A stretch of DNA of 64,000 nucleotides, from contig CAVZQN010000004.1 in assembly GCA_963777505.1 (NCBI GenBank), forward strand, positions 1,216,001-1,280,000, in the 5' to 3' direction. Shown here in pieces: positions 40,387 through 50,006 of this stretch; position 1 is the stretch's first letter; each line of letters begins with the position of its first letter. The position numbers and the translations under genes were made by a program. The stretch comes from an uncultured bacterium. Lineage in GTDB: Bacteria > Acidobacteriota > HRBIN11 > JAKEFK01. The notes beneath the pieces are model-generated. The model was not told the origin of the DNA and did no database searches. It saw only the letters and a list, made by a program, of their open reading frames with translations.

Positions 40387-40651
40387 TTTTATCCTTCCGA
40401 GCTTCCCGAAATTGAGCATTCACTCGGCCGGCCGACACAGCCATTACGATGGCCTCAACCGTTCCGATTTCGTCATCTGTGACTCCGAGATTCCTGGCAA
40501 CGCCAAGATAATGATTCATTCACGGATAACAGCCGAGCGCCATTGCCGCAGCGAGATGAATGAGGATCGTTTGATTCTGCGGAAACGCGGTATTGTTTTT
40601 CGCCGTATCATAGAATTCGTGAAAAGCTTTCGCCTGCTTTCTTGTCAACAT
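40355..40651 (-). CDS. AhpD/carboxymuconolactone-decarboxylase-like selenoprotein (98 aa, CYPU at residues 41-44)
   Basis: Manual translation: MLTRKQAKAFHEFYDTAKNNTAFPQNQTILIHLAAAMALGCYP[UGA 40522-40520]MNHYLGVARNLGVTDDEIGTVEAIVMAVSAGRVNAQFREARKDKNETKTENHNH*. The CMD-like pattern continues on both sides of the UGA. Confidence 0.82.
40492..40508 (-). promoter_or_regulatory. Candidate bacterial SECIS hairpin
   Basis: UCUUGGC-GUU-GCCAGGA forms a 7-bp stem. The loop starts with G, 18 nt after the in-frame UGA. Confidence 0.65.
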
Positions 40652-40748
40652 ACTTGTATTACGCAAATATCGTAAGCCGCATATAAGATGTCAATTTAGT
40701 TGTATCATACAAGTATATTTCCATGCAAGGGGTAGTGGATGTTTTATA

Positions 40749-41321
40749 TTACTGACAGCTGTCGGTTTCGCAGCATTTTGTGCAGTTTTTTGGATGATAG
40801 TCGAACACCGTTCCGTAACGATCGAATTCGAAATGACAGCATTCAAGCAAAAGATCTTTCAATTTTTTTCTGGCTCGCTGAATCCTCGATTTTGCACCGG
40901 ACAAAGAAATTCCCAATCGTCGAGCAATCTCGGAATGTTTCACTCCTTGAAAATCTGAAAGTATGAGAGCTTCTTTATCTTGCACTGGAAGTTTTTCAAC
41001 CATCGATTGAACGACTCTATTCAAGTCTTTCGGAGTTTCAATCGCTTGATTTTGTTCTAGCTCAGATAATGAATCCGAAGTCTCAACCGTTTGTTTTCTT
41101 TTTCGATAGGAATCGATAATTGAATTGCGTGCAATTTGGTAAATCCATGCAGGAAGCTTTTCCGGCTCATTCAAAGAATCGATTCGATCATGAATTTTCA
41201 TGAATACATCATGGACCATGTCCTCAGCTGACGCTTCATCATGAATCCGTTTTGTAATGAAAGCCTTTAGAGGCCCTCGAAATTGCTCGTAGATTGTTTC
41301 AAAATTCAACTGCATGTCCAA
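40749..41321 (-). CDS. sigZ: ECF RNA polymerase sigma factor, SigZ family
   Basis: AEDMVHDVF, WIYQIARN and GAKSRIQRAR motifs, with the Cys-rich tail LECCHFEFDRYG...CTKCCETDSC. Confidence 0.9.
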   Translation of the reverse strand: MDMQLNFETIYEQFRGPLKAFITKRIHDEASAEDMVHDVFMKIHDRIDSLNEPEKLPAWIYQIARNSIIDSYRKRKQTVETSDSLSELEQNQAIETPKDLNRVVQSMVEKLPVQDKEALILSDFQGVKHSEIARRLGISLSGAKSRIQRARKKLKDLLLECCHFEFDRYGTVFDYHPKNCTKCCETDSCQ

Positions 41322-41335
41322 TGTGAACCCATTAG

Positions 41336-41364
41336 CAGGAAGGATAGACTTGCTATCCTTCCTG
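41336..41364 (-). terminator. Perfect 12-bp hairpin between arsI and sigZ (terminator or mRNA stabiliser)
   Basis: CAGGAAGGATAG-ACTTG-CTATCCTTCCTG; no clear U-tract. Confidence 0.5.
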
Positions 41365-41375
41365 TATTGGAAAAG

Positions 41376-41813
41376 TTAATTGCAACAAGCTTTTGCATCA
41401 CCAGATGATATGGCCGTTTTTGTTTGTAAATCAGGCCGGGTGTCCGCAACCTTAACAGTGAAGAACTCCCATTCATATCCATTTGGATCTTTCACCCAGA
41501 TCTTATCTTGCAGAGCATAGCAGCAATCGGTATTGAGTTGTTCGCGTGTTAGAAGGCCCGCAGCTTTTAATCTTGCAGCCGCCGCGACAACATCATCTGT
41601 TGATGATACCTGAATGCCTAAATGGTTTAGTGCTCCCTTAGAATCGACTATGCCTTCATTTAAAGTCAGGTTTAATCCGGGGCTCTCTATGTCAAATTTT
41701 GCGTATCCAGGTTTTAACTTAACCGGCTCTTTACCAAACAAGGTTGAGTAAAACGTCACAGACTCGCTGAATTTATCAGTATTTAAGGCAACATGTACTT
41801 TTAAGTTTCCCAT
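41376..41813 (-). CDS. arsI: ArsI/CadI-family VOC protein (C-As lyase-like)
   Basis: GGAGG RBS, HVALN, KPGYAKF, LNHLGIQV and vicinal Cys in TDCCYALQDKIWVKDP; C-terminal CC. Confidence 0.88.
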   Translation of the reverse strand: MGNLKVHVALNTDKFSESVTFYSTLFGKEPVKLKPGYAKFDIESPGLNLTLNEGIVDSKGALNHLGIQVSSTDDVVAAAARLKAAGLLTREQLNTDCCYALQDKIWVKDPNGYEWEFFTVKVADTRPDLQTKTAISSGDAKACCN

Positions 41814-41845
41814 TTGATTGTCCTCCAAACTTGTCATCACTCTTA

Positions 41846-41872
41846 TAGACGTGCGTTTTTCAAAAAGACGCA
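41846..41872 (-). promoter_or_regulatory. Candidate ECF (SigZ) promoter TGCGTC-N15-CGTCTA
   Basis: Minus strand TGCGTCTTTTTGAAAAACGCACGTCTA, about 33 bp upstream of the arsI start. CGTC is a typical ECF -10 element. Confidence 0.55.
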
Positions 41873-41874
41873 CA

Positions 41875-42546
41875 CTAAATTCTGGATTCATGCTCTGTGA
41901 TCATTTTGGAGGACACGGCCTGAGCTAAAGGGACCGCAAGAGCCATTCCGATTATCGGTGCAATCAAATAGATCCAGGAATGCTTCAATTGTAGTGAGAC
42001 CAACGCAGGGGCAATCGATCTTGCAGGATTCATAGAAGCGCCCGAAATTGGACCTCCAAATAAAGCTTCCACAGCAACAACGGATCCAACAGCAATTCCG
42101 GCAATGATGCTCTTTTCCTTCGCACCGGTAGAAACTCTCAAAATTACGAACATGAGAATCAGGCTCAGGAGAATTTCAAGAATGAAGCTCTGGAATTCAC
42201 TGCCTGAAGGCATTGTTCTTCCTAATGTGGAATTTGCAGGGAATAAGAACCTGATGAAAACACTGGCAGTGATGGCTCCCGTTAGTTGCGCAGATATATA
42301 AGGAATAAGCTGTTTTATTGGAAATCTTCGAGCGATTGCAAACGCTACGGTTACAGCGGGATTGATGTGTGCCCCGGACACCTCCCCAATTGAATAGATC
42401 AAAGCAAGGACAATCAATCCAAAAGCCACACAAACACCAGGGTGCGTGATTGCACCTGATGTTATTTCATTTACGACGATGGCTCCTGTTCCAACAAAGA
42501 CCAGACAAAATGTTCCTACCGCTTCACAAATAATCTTTCTGATCAT
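41875..42546 (-). CDS. MIP-family aquaporin (arsenite channel, AqpS-like)
   Basis: SGAHINPAVT and GASMNPARS NPA motifs; lies inside the ars operon. Confidence 0.92.
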   Translation of the reverse strand: MIRKIICEAVGTFCLVFVGTGAIVVNEITSGAITHPGVCVAFGLIVLALIYSIGEVSGAHINPAVTVAFAIARRFPIKQLIPYISAQLTGAITASVFIRFLFPANSTLGRTMPSGSEFQSFILEILLSLILMFVILRVSTGAKEKSIIAGIAVGSVVAVEALFGGPISGASMNPARSIAPALVSLQLKHSWIYLIAPIIGMALAVPLAQAVSSKMITEHESRI

Positions 42547-42962
42547 CAGGGATTCGAAGGAGTAATGGTTTCGAGTAGTTGATCAATTCTTGAAGCGAGG
42601 TCATCACGGGTTTGTCTGAAATCGTTCAAAGTTTCAGGATCCCGAACGTCCCAGTGAATCAGTCTCGCGGAAGGAAAGATGGGACATCGTTCTTTTGCAT
42701 TGTCACAAACTGTGATGACCCAATCAAAGGAATTTTTAATCACTGCTGAAACATCTTTTGAGCGTTGATCGGATATATCGATCCCAATTTCTTTCATGAC
42801 TTGAATAGCGTACGGGTTCACAGATTTTGGCTCTACGCCCGCGCTGTAGACTTCGAAAGAAGAACCTCCTTTCGTTCTTAACAACCCTTCAGCGATTTGG
42901 CTTCTTGCGGAATTTCCAGTGCATAAAAATAGGATTCGGTTTGTCTTCATTTCCGTCTCCAT
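42546..42962 (-). CDS. arsC: Arsenate reductase, thioredoxin-dependent LMW-PTP type
   Basis: LFLCTGNSARSQIAEG and ITVCDNAKERCP motifs. Confidence 0.93.
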   Translation of the reverse strand: METEMKTNRILFLCTGNSARSQIAEGLLRTKGGSSFEVYSAGVEPKSVNPYAIQVMKEIGIDISDQRSKDVSAVIKNSFDWVITVCDNAKERCPIFPSARLIHWDVRDPETLNDFRQTRDDLASRIDQLLETITPSNP

Positions 42963-42973
42963 CTATTGTGCGG

Positions 42974-43276
42974 TTATACAGTCTTGGCAAGAGCTTGAGA
43001 AAGTCTGAAAATCTCTTCTTCATTTCGGCTATAAAACATCCATCGGCCGCGCTTCTCTGAAATCACAAGACCTGCGTTGCAAAGAATATCCATGTGGTGA
43101 GAAATGGCTGCTTGAGATAAGCCTATTTCATCTTCTATGTCACAAGCGCACAATCCTTTTTCGCTGCGTTTGATCAAATCGCAAGCGCTCTTACCCGGTT
43201 TTTTCAAAAGCTCAAGGATCTTCAATCGCGTAGAATCTCCTAAAGCCTTAAAAGCCTTCTCTAGTTCTTCTTTCAT
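42974..43276 (-). CDS. arsR: ArsR metalloregulator
   Basis: FKALGDSTRLKIL, SAC...GLCACDI and ISHHM motifs. An ATATAT-N12-ATATAT operator-like sequence (43275-43298) overlaps the start. Confidence 0.9.
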   Translation of the reverse strand: MKEELEKAFKALGDSTRLKILELLKKPGKSACDLIKRSEKGLCACDIEDEIGLSQAAISHHMDILCNAGLVISEKRGRWMFYSRNEEEIFRLSQALAKTV

Positions 43277-43448
43277 ATATCGATACATTTAAATATATCA
43301 TTTTAATAAAAATGTCACAAAAGTTGAGATAGAGGCGTGGTCGCTAGGGATCGTCATTTCCATTCTGTTGCGATCATTCGAGTTGAACAATATTGGTGGT
43401 GGAGAGGAAACAGAGTTTCAAAAAATCGCTAAATCAATGCAGTATACG

Positions 43449-45275
43449 TTAGGGATAAAATAGCGTATTAAACACTTCAAAACGTGCTCTGCCAAGTGTT
43501 TTAGCGCGATACATTGCTGTATCGGCTTCCTGCATAAGTCTTTCTGGATCGAATCCATCTTTCTTACTTAAAGCGATCCCGATGCTGGCCGTTACATAAA
43601 TCTTTTCTTCATTCAGATAAAAGGGCAACGCCAAATTTTTTAGAATTCGCTCAGCAGTCTGTGATGTCTCTCGAATGTCTTTGATGTCGCTGAGCAGGAT
43701 CGTAAATTCATCTCCGCCAACACGAGCGATAGTATCTTCAGGACGCAAACAGCTTTTCAGCCTTTGAGTCACATCAATAAGGAGCTTGTCTCCAGCATGA
43801 TGACCCAGGGTATCGTTAACGAGTTTAAAGTCATCCAAATCCAGGAAGAGGACAGCTAAAAAGCGTTCATGATGTTTTCTTCTTTCACTCGATACTTGCA
43901 TAAGCCGGTTCAAAAAGGAAATGCGGTTCGGCAAATTGGTGAGTGGATCTGATGAAGCCTGACGTGCTAACTCTTCTTCCATGATTTTTCGCATTTGAAT
44001 GTCTGTTTGAGCGCCGGTCAAGCGAAAGGTATTCCCAACTGTGTCCCGAGTTGCAACCGCACGGTTGAGCATCCAGTGATATGTCCCATCCTTTAGCAAC
44101 ATTCGATATTCACAGATGAAATGAGACGATTGACCTTGTACATGAGAATTTATCGCGTCCTGTAGATGTTCAATATCCTCTGAATGTACGCGGTCGAACC
44201 ATTCAGAGGGCATGTCGCCAATTTCTTCTTCGTTGTATCCCAGCATCCGCTTCCAAAGACGCGAGAAATGAACTTTGTCTGTTTGTAAATCCCAATCCCA
44301 TAACCCTTCATTGCTTCCTTGTATGGCAAGAGCATAGCGTTCCTCGCTTTGCCGTAGTGCTTGCTCAACTCTTTTGCTTTCGGAAACACTAGATGCAAGT
44401 GTTATGGCCATAATAGTGATAACTCCCATGTATGCTTGCAGCAATAGAAGCGATTCATTGGGTGATTTCTGTGCAAAAGGACCAAAGCCCTGCAGTGTGC
44501 CCCAAATTGCAATTCCAGAGAGCAGACAACTTGCTGTTGCTGTTTCGCGCTGGCTGAAGCGGAAGGCAGCCCAGATAAGAAATGGGATGCATAAGAATTC
44601 CAAAGGATAATTCTTCACCCCAAGTCGAAAGAATCCGGAGAATACTACAAGTCCAACCAGAATTAACGAAGAAAATAGCAATATAGTTTCTAAGGCTTTC
44701 TTGCTGTTCCACTGTACGCGCGGATTCTGACTCCAAAGCATCAACAAAGGAGTCACGATCCAGCAGCCGACTGAATCTCCCAGCCACCAGGTCAACCAGA
44801 TGGATTCATACTGGTTCCAACTAGCGTAACCGCTGAGGCAAAGAGTGCTTACACCCCATGTTGCACTAATCGTAGTGCTGAGTATTCCGGCCAAAAATGC
44901 AAACATAAAGATTTTTTGGGGGCGATCAAATATGTTAATTCTGCCTATATAGCGCTTGATCAGTAATGCACCCGCAACTCCTTCCAAAGTATTTCCGATA
45001 GCAATTCCGATCGACGTTGCGAGCGTACCAGCCGTTGTTGCGTTCACCAGGAATGCACCAACCAGAATGACCGGCCAAACACGAAAGCCAAGAAGCAGTA
45101 AAGCTGCTAGTGCTATTCCAGTTGGTGGCCACACTGGAGAGGCGCTAGGATGCACGATCGCTAGCATTAGCCCAAGTTTTCCGGCGGTGTAATAAATCAA
45201 AAGAAGTATTAGGGGTATAACAATCTTTCGAAAGGATTTTCGATCCGTTAGGTGATGTGAGTGGCTTTTAATCAT
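43449..45275 (-). CDS. MASE1-PAS diguanylate cyclase
   Basis: MASE1 (VWPPTGIALA, TWWLGD), PAS (GLWDWD...WFDRVH) and GGDEF domain (DPLTNLPNR, FLDLDDFK, ARVGGDEF); no EAL domain. Confidence 0.93.
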   Translation of the reverse strand: MIKSHSHHLTDRKSFRKIVIPLILLLIYYTAGKLGLMLAIVHPSASPVWPPTGIALAALLLLGFRVWPVILVGAFLVNATTAGTLATSIGIAIGNTLEGVAGALLIKRYIGRINIFDRPQKIFMFAFLAGILSTTISATWGVSTLCLSGYASWNQYESIWLTWWLGDSVGCWIVTPLLMLWSQNPRVQWNSKKALETILLFSSLILVGLVVFSGFFRLGVKNYPLEFLCIPFLIWAAFRFSQRETATASCLLSGIAIWGTLQGFGPFAQKSPNESLLLLQAYMGVITIMAITLASSVSESKRVEQALRQSEERYALAIQGSNEGLWDWDLQTDKVHFSRLWKRMLGYNEEEIGDMPSEWFDRVHSEDIEHLQDAINSHVQGQSSHFICEYRMLLKDGTYHWMLNRAVATRDTVGNTFRLTGAQTDIQMRKIMEEELARQASSDPLTNLPNRISFLNRLMQVSSERRKHHERFLAVLFLDLDDFKLVNDTLGHHAGDKLLIDVTQRLKSCLRPEDTIARVGGDEFTILLSDIKDIRETSQTAERILKNLALPFYLNEEKIYVTASIGIALSKKDGFDPERLMQEADTAMYRAKTLGRARFEVFNTLFYP

Positions 45276-45352
45276 CTAACGTAATAGGCAAATCATTTGA
45301 AATATTGTTGTGATTTTTTGGTAGAAGAGATTAAAAATCATCCTATGCTCCA

Positions 45353-46736
45353 ATGTCCAATATAATGATGAAGACTAGATCAAATATAGGTTCTGTAAAT
45401 GGCATGATTAAAACATTTTTCCTCCTCGCTGTTCTTCTTTTTGCTACTGCGAAGTCTCCTGCGGATTACGACGCGGAAAATACGTCGTCATCAAACGGTG
45501 TTCAGTTAGTCAAGTCTTTCGGGTTGAACAGTTACAAGCGCGTTCTTGATGGTCAATGGCAGGGAATTCGCTATGCGTCGGATGGCAACGTGTACTTTGG
45601 TAGTTCAACACATTCCGCTCATCACGGAGGATCGTTTTTTAAATACAATCCAAACTCGAATCAGATCACGCTGCTTGCGGAGGACGTTACAACTATCTGC
45701 GGTGAAGATCCCCAAACAAATCCACAAGGCAAAATTCACAGCGACATCTTAGAGGCCAACGGTTGGCTTTATATGTCTACGCATTTCGCCAGCGGTGGGC
45801 CAGGTGCTTACGATACATGGAGTGGATCGCACGTGATTGGATACGAACTGGCCACAGGAAAATTTCGTGACTATGGTGTAGTTCACAAGAATTACACTTC
45901 TTATTCCGCAATCGGTGTCGATCCCAAGCGAAATTTTATTTATGTATTTGTAACGGGACAGAAACCTGATCAAGTCTCCTATATATATCGCATCGATTCG
46001 GTAACCGGAGTAAAAACCAACCTGGGACAGGTAGGTGGTTCTTTCGATGCATTGTTTTGGATGTTCGTCGACAGCCGCGGGGACGCTTGGTTCTCGATTA
46101 GAAATCAGAATGGCAATCTACATCGAGTACGTGCGAGTACTGGAAAGATCGATTTGTATCCCGATAGTTTGCCCCCGTTATACCGATGGGACACGAACAA
46201 GGTGGCCGATGCATCCAAGCAAAAGACGCGGTTTCTTTTCATGGATACAGTCGCTTGATGGCGACCGCGCACTCTTCGCAATGGGTGAAGAGGAAGGCGG
46301 CATGCTTTACATGTTTGACTCAACCAAACCGATCGGCTCCGGCCAGGAATTTAAGAACATCAAACATATCGGTTACAGTGACCTGGGAATGGCTTTAGCA
46401 GAAAATCGCGTGTTTTATTATCAGCGTGCAAATCGTGGATTTGGCCACCAGGACGCCCGAGATTTCCATCTGATGAGCATCTCTCTGGATTCCACCAGTG
46501 ATTACCCGATCACTGATCACGGTCTACTAAAAGATCAAGATGGCAGAGTTGTATTTCGTGTGCCTGGAATGATGACCGATGGAAAGAATCGAGTCTTCAT
46601 GATTGGCGATTGGTGGACAAATCCCGGCGATCTCGGAACTCTACGATACAACTACAAGGACGGAACCGAGGTCTATGATCATCTGCCACGCGGCCAATTC
46701 TTTGCCGTTGCAAATATCACAAATAATAAAAACTAA
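45353..46736 (+). CDS. Secreted hypothetical beta-propeller protein, frameshifted near 46230
   Basis: Signal peptide, ASDGNVYFGSSTH and QGKIHS motifs with a repeated blade-like pattern. Two overlapping ORFs; start may be 45403. Confidence 0.65.
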
Positions 46737-47053
46737 AAGCCCACTCAGTTTGTTTGCTGTTGGCGTAAGTTTTCTTCCATCGCCTTGTACAACTTCTTCA
46801 ACGCGGAGCAGAATTACCATCTCCCCAAATTCCATTAGGAAGATTCAGCGGCTCATCTAATTTCCCCTTACTGTACCACTCGGCTTGTTTCCGGGCAGCA
46901 TCTCCTATATATGTAGTTACATCACTGAAGTATCTGCGTTCAGCCATACGGAAATTTGGCGACAGAATTTTTTCCGCTTCTTGCTTCGAAGAGAAGTATG
47001 CAACTGGCTAGGGCAGAAAGCCTTATGAAATTTGGATATTCTAATTAACAGGA

Positions 47054-48184
47054 ATGAAAAGAGCTGTAAGCATAATCAAGCGAATAATGATCATTACAGG
47101 CGTGCTTATCCTGCTGCTGGCTGCGGGGATCTTTTTTTATATGCGTCAGCCGCAATTCGGCAAAACACCTTCTGGTGAAAGGCTTGCGAGGATTGAAAGA
47201 TCACCGCGTTATAAAAACGGCCGGTTTCACAACCTGGTGGAAAAGCCAACCCTATCAGAAGGGTATACTACAGGCGGGGAAATCTATAATACCTTTTTCA
47301 AAGAATATCCAAGACGTTCTCCAATCGATTCCCTTCCTTCAGTAAAAAATGACCTGTTAAAACTTCCCCCTGACAGCAACGTAGCGGTGTGGTTTGGCCA
47401 TTCATCTGTTTTCATCCAGGTAGATGGGAAAAGATTGCTGGTGGATCCTTCATTTAGCGGTAAAGGATCACCCTTGCCGGGTTCCGTAAAAGCCTACAAA
47501 GGCAGCAATATCTATTCGGCAGCTGATATGCCTCCTATAGATTACCTGTTCATCTCTCACGACCATTACGACCATTTGGATTATAAAACGGTTGTGGCAT
47601 TAAAGGATAAAGTAAAACATGTGGTTTGCGGTTTGGGAGTAGGCCCGCATTTTGAACACTGGGGTTATGCGCCAGAACAGATCATTGAAAAAGACTGGTA
47701 TGAAAAGATTGAAGTGGACAGCGGCTTTACGATCTACACGGAATCAAGCCATCATGAGTCAGGCAGAGGTTTTGTGAATGGCAAAACATTATGGATGTCT
47801 TATCTCATACAAGCGCCCGGTTTGAAAATTTATATCAGCGGCGATGGAGGTTACGATGGAAGATTTGCTGAAATAGGAAAGAAATTCGGCCCGGTTGATT
47901 GGGCTATCATGGACAACGGACAATATGATAGAGCCTGGCAATCTGTTCATCTCATGCCGGAAGAAGTAAGGCAGGCTACCTTGGAACTAAAAGCAAAACA
48001 TTTACTTCCAGTACATCATTCTAAATACACTTTAGGTAAACATGCCTGGGATGAACCACTGATAAAAATTACCGAACTTTCAGTGTCTCAGCCTTACCGC
48101 GTGGCAACACCCATGATAGGCGAAGTGGTGTACCTCAATAATCCTTCTCAGCCTTTTAAGGAATGGTGGAAAGGGGTTAAATAA
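47054..48184 (+). CDS. MBL-fold metallo-hydrolase (RomA/NAPE-PLD-like)
   Basis: WFGHSS, ISHDHYDHLD and SGDGGY motifs with an N-terminal anchor. Confidence 0.9.
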   Translation: MKRAVSIIKRIMIITGVLILLLAAGIFFYMRQPQFGKTPSGERLARIERSPRYKNGRFHNLVEKPTLSEGYTTGGEIYNTFFKEYPRRSPIDSLPSVKNDLLKLPPDSNVAVWFGHSSVFIQVDGKRLLVDPSFSGKGSPLPGSVKAYKGSNIYSAADMPPIDYLFISHDHYDHLDYKTVVALKDKVKHVVCGLGVGPHFEHWGYAPEQIIEKDWYEKIEVDSGFTIYTESSHHESGRGFVNGKTLWMSYLIQAPGLKIYISGDGGYDGRFAEIGKKFGPVDWAIMDNGQYDRAWQSVHLMPEEVRQATLELKAKHLLPVHHSKYTLGKHAWDEPLIKITELSVSQPYRVATPMIGEVVYLNNPSQPFKEWWKGVK

Positions 48185-48241
48185 GAATTGCTGGGAATAG
48201 GCAACATCATTTCTAAGTAATCATTAATAAGGAGACTAAAC

Positions 48242-48940
48242 ATGACCAATAATGATCCAGTGTCAGTAGTGCTAGTTCACGGTGGCTTTGTAGACGGCTC
48301 CGGTTGGGAAGCAGTTTACAAAATCCTGAGAAAGGATGGCTACCCAGTTAGTGTTGTCCAGAATCCAACATTATCTTTGGCTGATGATGTTGCGGTAACA
48401 AAACGAGTGATTGCTGCGGCAAGCGGACAGAAGGTGATTCTTGTAGGCCACTCATATGGTGGTGCCGTAATTACTGAAGCAGGCAACGAATCGAAAGTAG
48501 CAGCACTTGTTTACATAGCTGCTTTCGCTTTAGACAGTGGTGAATCCGTCTCTTCACTGATTAAGGACCCTCCACCTGATGCGCCCGTTCCACCGATATT
48601 ACCTCCAGTTGACGGGTACCTGTTCTTGGACAAGGCCAAATTTGCAGCATCATTTGCCGCTGATGTTGCTCCAGAAAGAGCCGCCTTCCTGGCGGATTCA
48701 CAAGTGCCATGGGGTGTTGAAGCTCTGAGTGGAAGCATCAATGAGGCTGCCTGGAAATCGAAACCTAGTTGGTATTTGGTGTCAACAGACGACAAGATGA
48801 TTCCACCGCAAGCGCAGCGTTTGATGTCCAAGCGTGCCGGTTCAACAGTAGTTGAGGTCGCGGGTAGTCATGCGATTTATGAATCGCAGCCGCAAGCTGT
48901 GGCAAATCTGATCAAACAAGCCGCAAAATCGATAATTTAA
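48242..48940 (+). CDS. Alpha/beta hydrolase
   Basis: LVHGGFVDGSGW, GHSYGG nucleophile and GSHA motifs; AAGGAG RBS. Confidence 0.92.
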   Translation: MTNNDPVSVVLVHGGFVDGSGWEAVYKILRKDGYPVSVVQNPTLSLADDVAVTKRVIAAASGQKVILVGHSYGGAVITEAGNESKVAALVYIAAFALDSGESVSSLIKDPPPDAPVPPILPPVDGYLFLDKAKFAASFAADVAPERAAFLADSQVPWGVEALSGSINEAAWKSKPSWYLVSTDDKMIPPQAQRLMSKRAGSTVVEVAGSHAIYESQPQAVANLIKQAAKSII

Positions 48941-49089
48941 ATCTTTGTAGTGAGTGGTGTTTCGAACAATACGGAATCGCATCAGGCAATTGGGGTAACC
49001 CTCAATTGCCGATGCAATCCGTTACCGCTGCTTAACCTAAACAATATTTTTTCTTGCCTGGAAATCACGTGCAGTCCTTTGGAGAAATC

Positions 49090-49884
49090 ATGATTGAGTA
49101 CATTGGTTATCAAAATAGAATCAGATTGCTGCTTCTCGCTTTTCGAATTGTCTCAATGTTTACAATTTCGGTTTACTTTAATGAGGCAACTGCTGCCGAT
49201 AGCAAAGATCCAAAAGCTGTAAAGATTGCTGAAGAAACGATTCAAGCAATGGGTGGTATGGACAATTGGAAGAACACTTCCGCACTACGATTTGATTGGG
49301 TGATTGCTCGTGAAGGGCAAGAAGCTCGCGTGGATAAACATCTGTGGGATCGCAAAAATAATCGTGATCATGTTGAATGGAAAACTCAAGAAGGAAAGAT
49401 GAGAGTGGCCTGGGTCAATCTAACAGATCGCTCCGGTGCTGCCTGGGATGACGGAAAAAAATTAGAAGGTGAAGAATTGAAGAAAGCGATGGATTCCGCG
49501 GTCAGCCGTTGGATCAATGATACTTATTGGGTAATTGCGCCGCTTAAGCTTCTGGATTCTGGTGTTAATTTGAAATACGACGGCGAAAAAAATGGACACG
49601 ATATTTTGCATCTTTCATTCAATTCAGTTGGCGATACGCCTGGCGATCAGTTTTGGGTGCATATCAACAAACAAACACGATTGATGGATCACTGGGATTT
49701 CGAACTACAGAGCAAAAATAAAGGTAGCTTCGATTGGATCGATTGGGTACAAGTCGGCAAAATGAAATTTTCAAAAACAAAACCAAGCATCGATAAGAAG
49801 GGAACAATTAAGATTGATCCTTTGGAAGCTCTAGATTCCGCGAGCGCTGACTATTTTTCGCAAGAATTGAAAATGCTGAATTGA
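49090..49884 (+). CDS. Secreted hypothetical protein
   Basis: AMGGMDNW...RWINDTYWVIAPLKLLDSGV...VGDTPGD. Start uncertain. Confidence 0.7.
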   Translation: MIEYIGYQNRIRLLLLAFRIVSMFTISVYFNEATAADSKDPKAVKIAEETIQAMGGMDNWKNTSALRFDWVIAREGQEARVDKHLWDRKNNRDHVEWKTQEGKMRVAWVNLTDRSGAAWDDGKKLEGEELKKAMDSAVSRWINDTYWVIAPLKLLDSGVNLKYDGEKNGHDILHLSFNSVGDTPGDQFWVHINKQTRLMDHWDFELQSKNKGSFDWIDWVQVGKMKFSKTKPSIDKKGTIKIDPLEALDSASADYFSQELKMLN

Positions 49885-49885
49885 T
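49784..49885 (+). repeat. 102-bp direct repeat, copy 1 (3' end of the 49090 gene)
   Basis: Identical to 53591-53692 except for one base. Confidence 0.95.
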
Positions 49886-50006
49886 GAGCGTGCAGAGTAG
49901 CGCTGGAAATCCATTCCTTGTGTGATTTACGATCCGGCTTCATTGAACCGAACCCTGAAAAACTGCTTCCAAGTTACCTCATCGAGCGAACGTAATTTTT
50001 AGCGCT

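Noticed and set aside
46790-47000. Minus-strand protein-like stretch (YFSSKQEAEKILSPNFRMAERRYF...GIWGDG)
   Set aside because: No clear start, RBS or recognisable family; at most a remnant.
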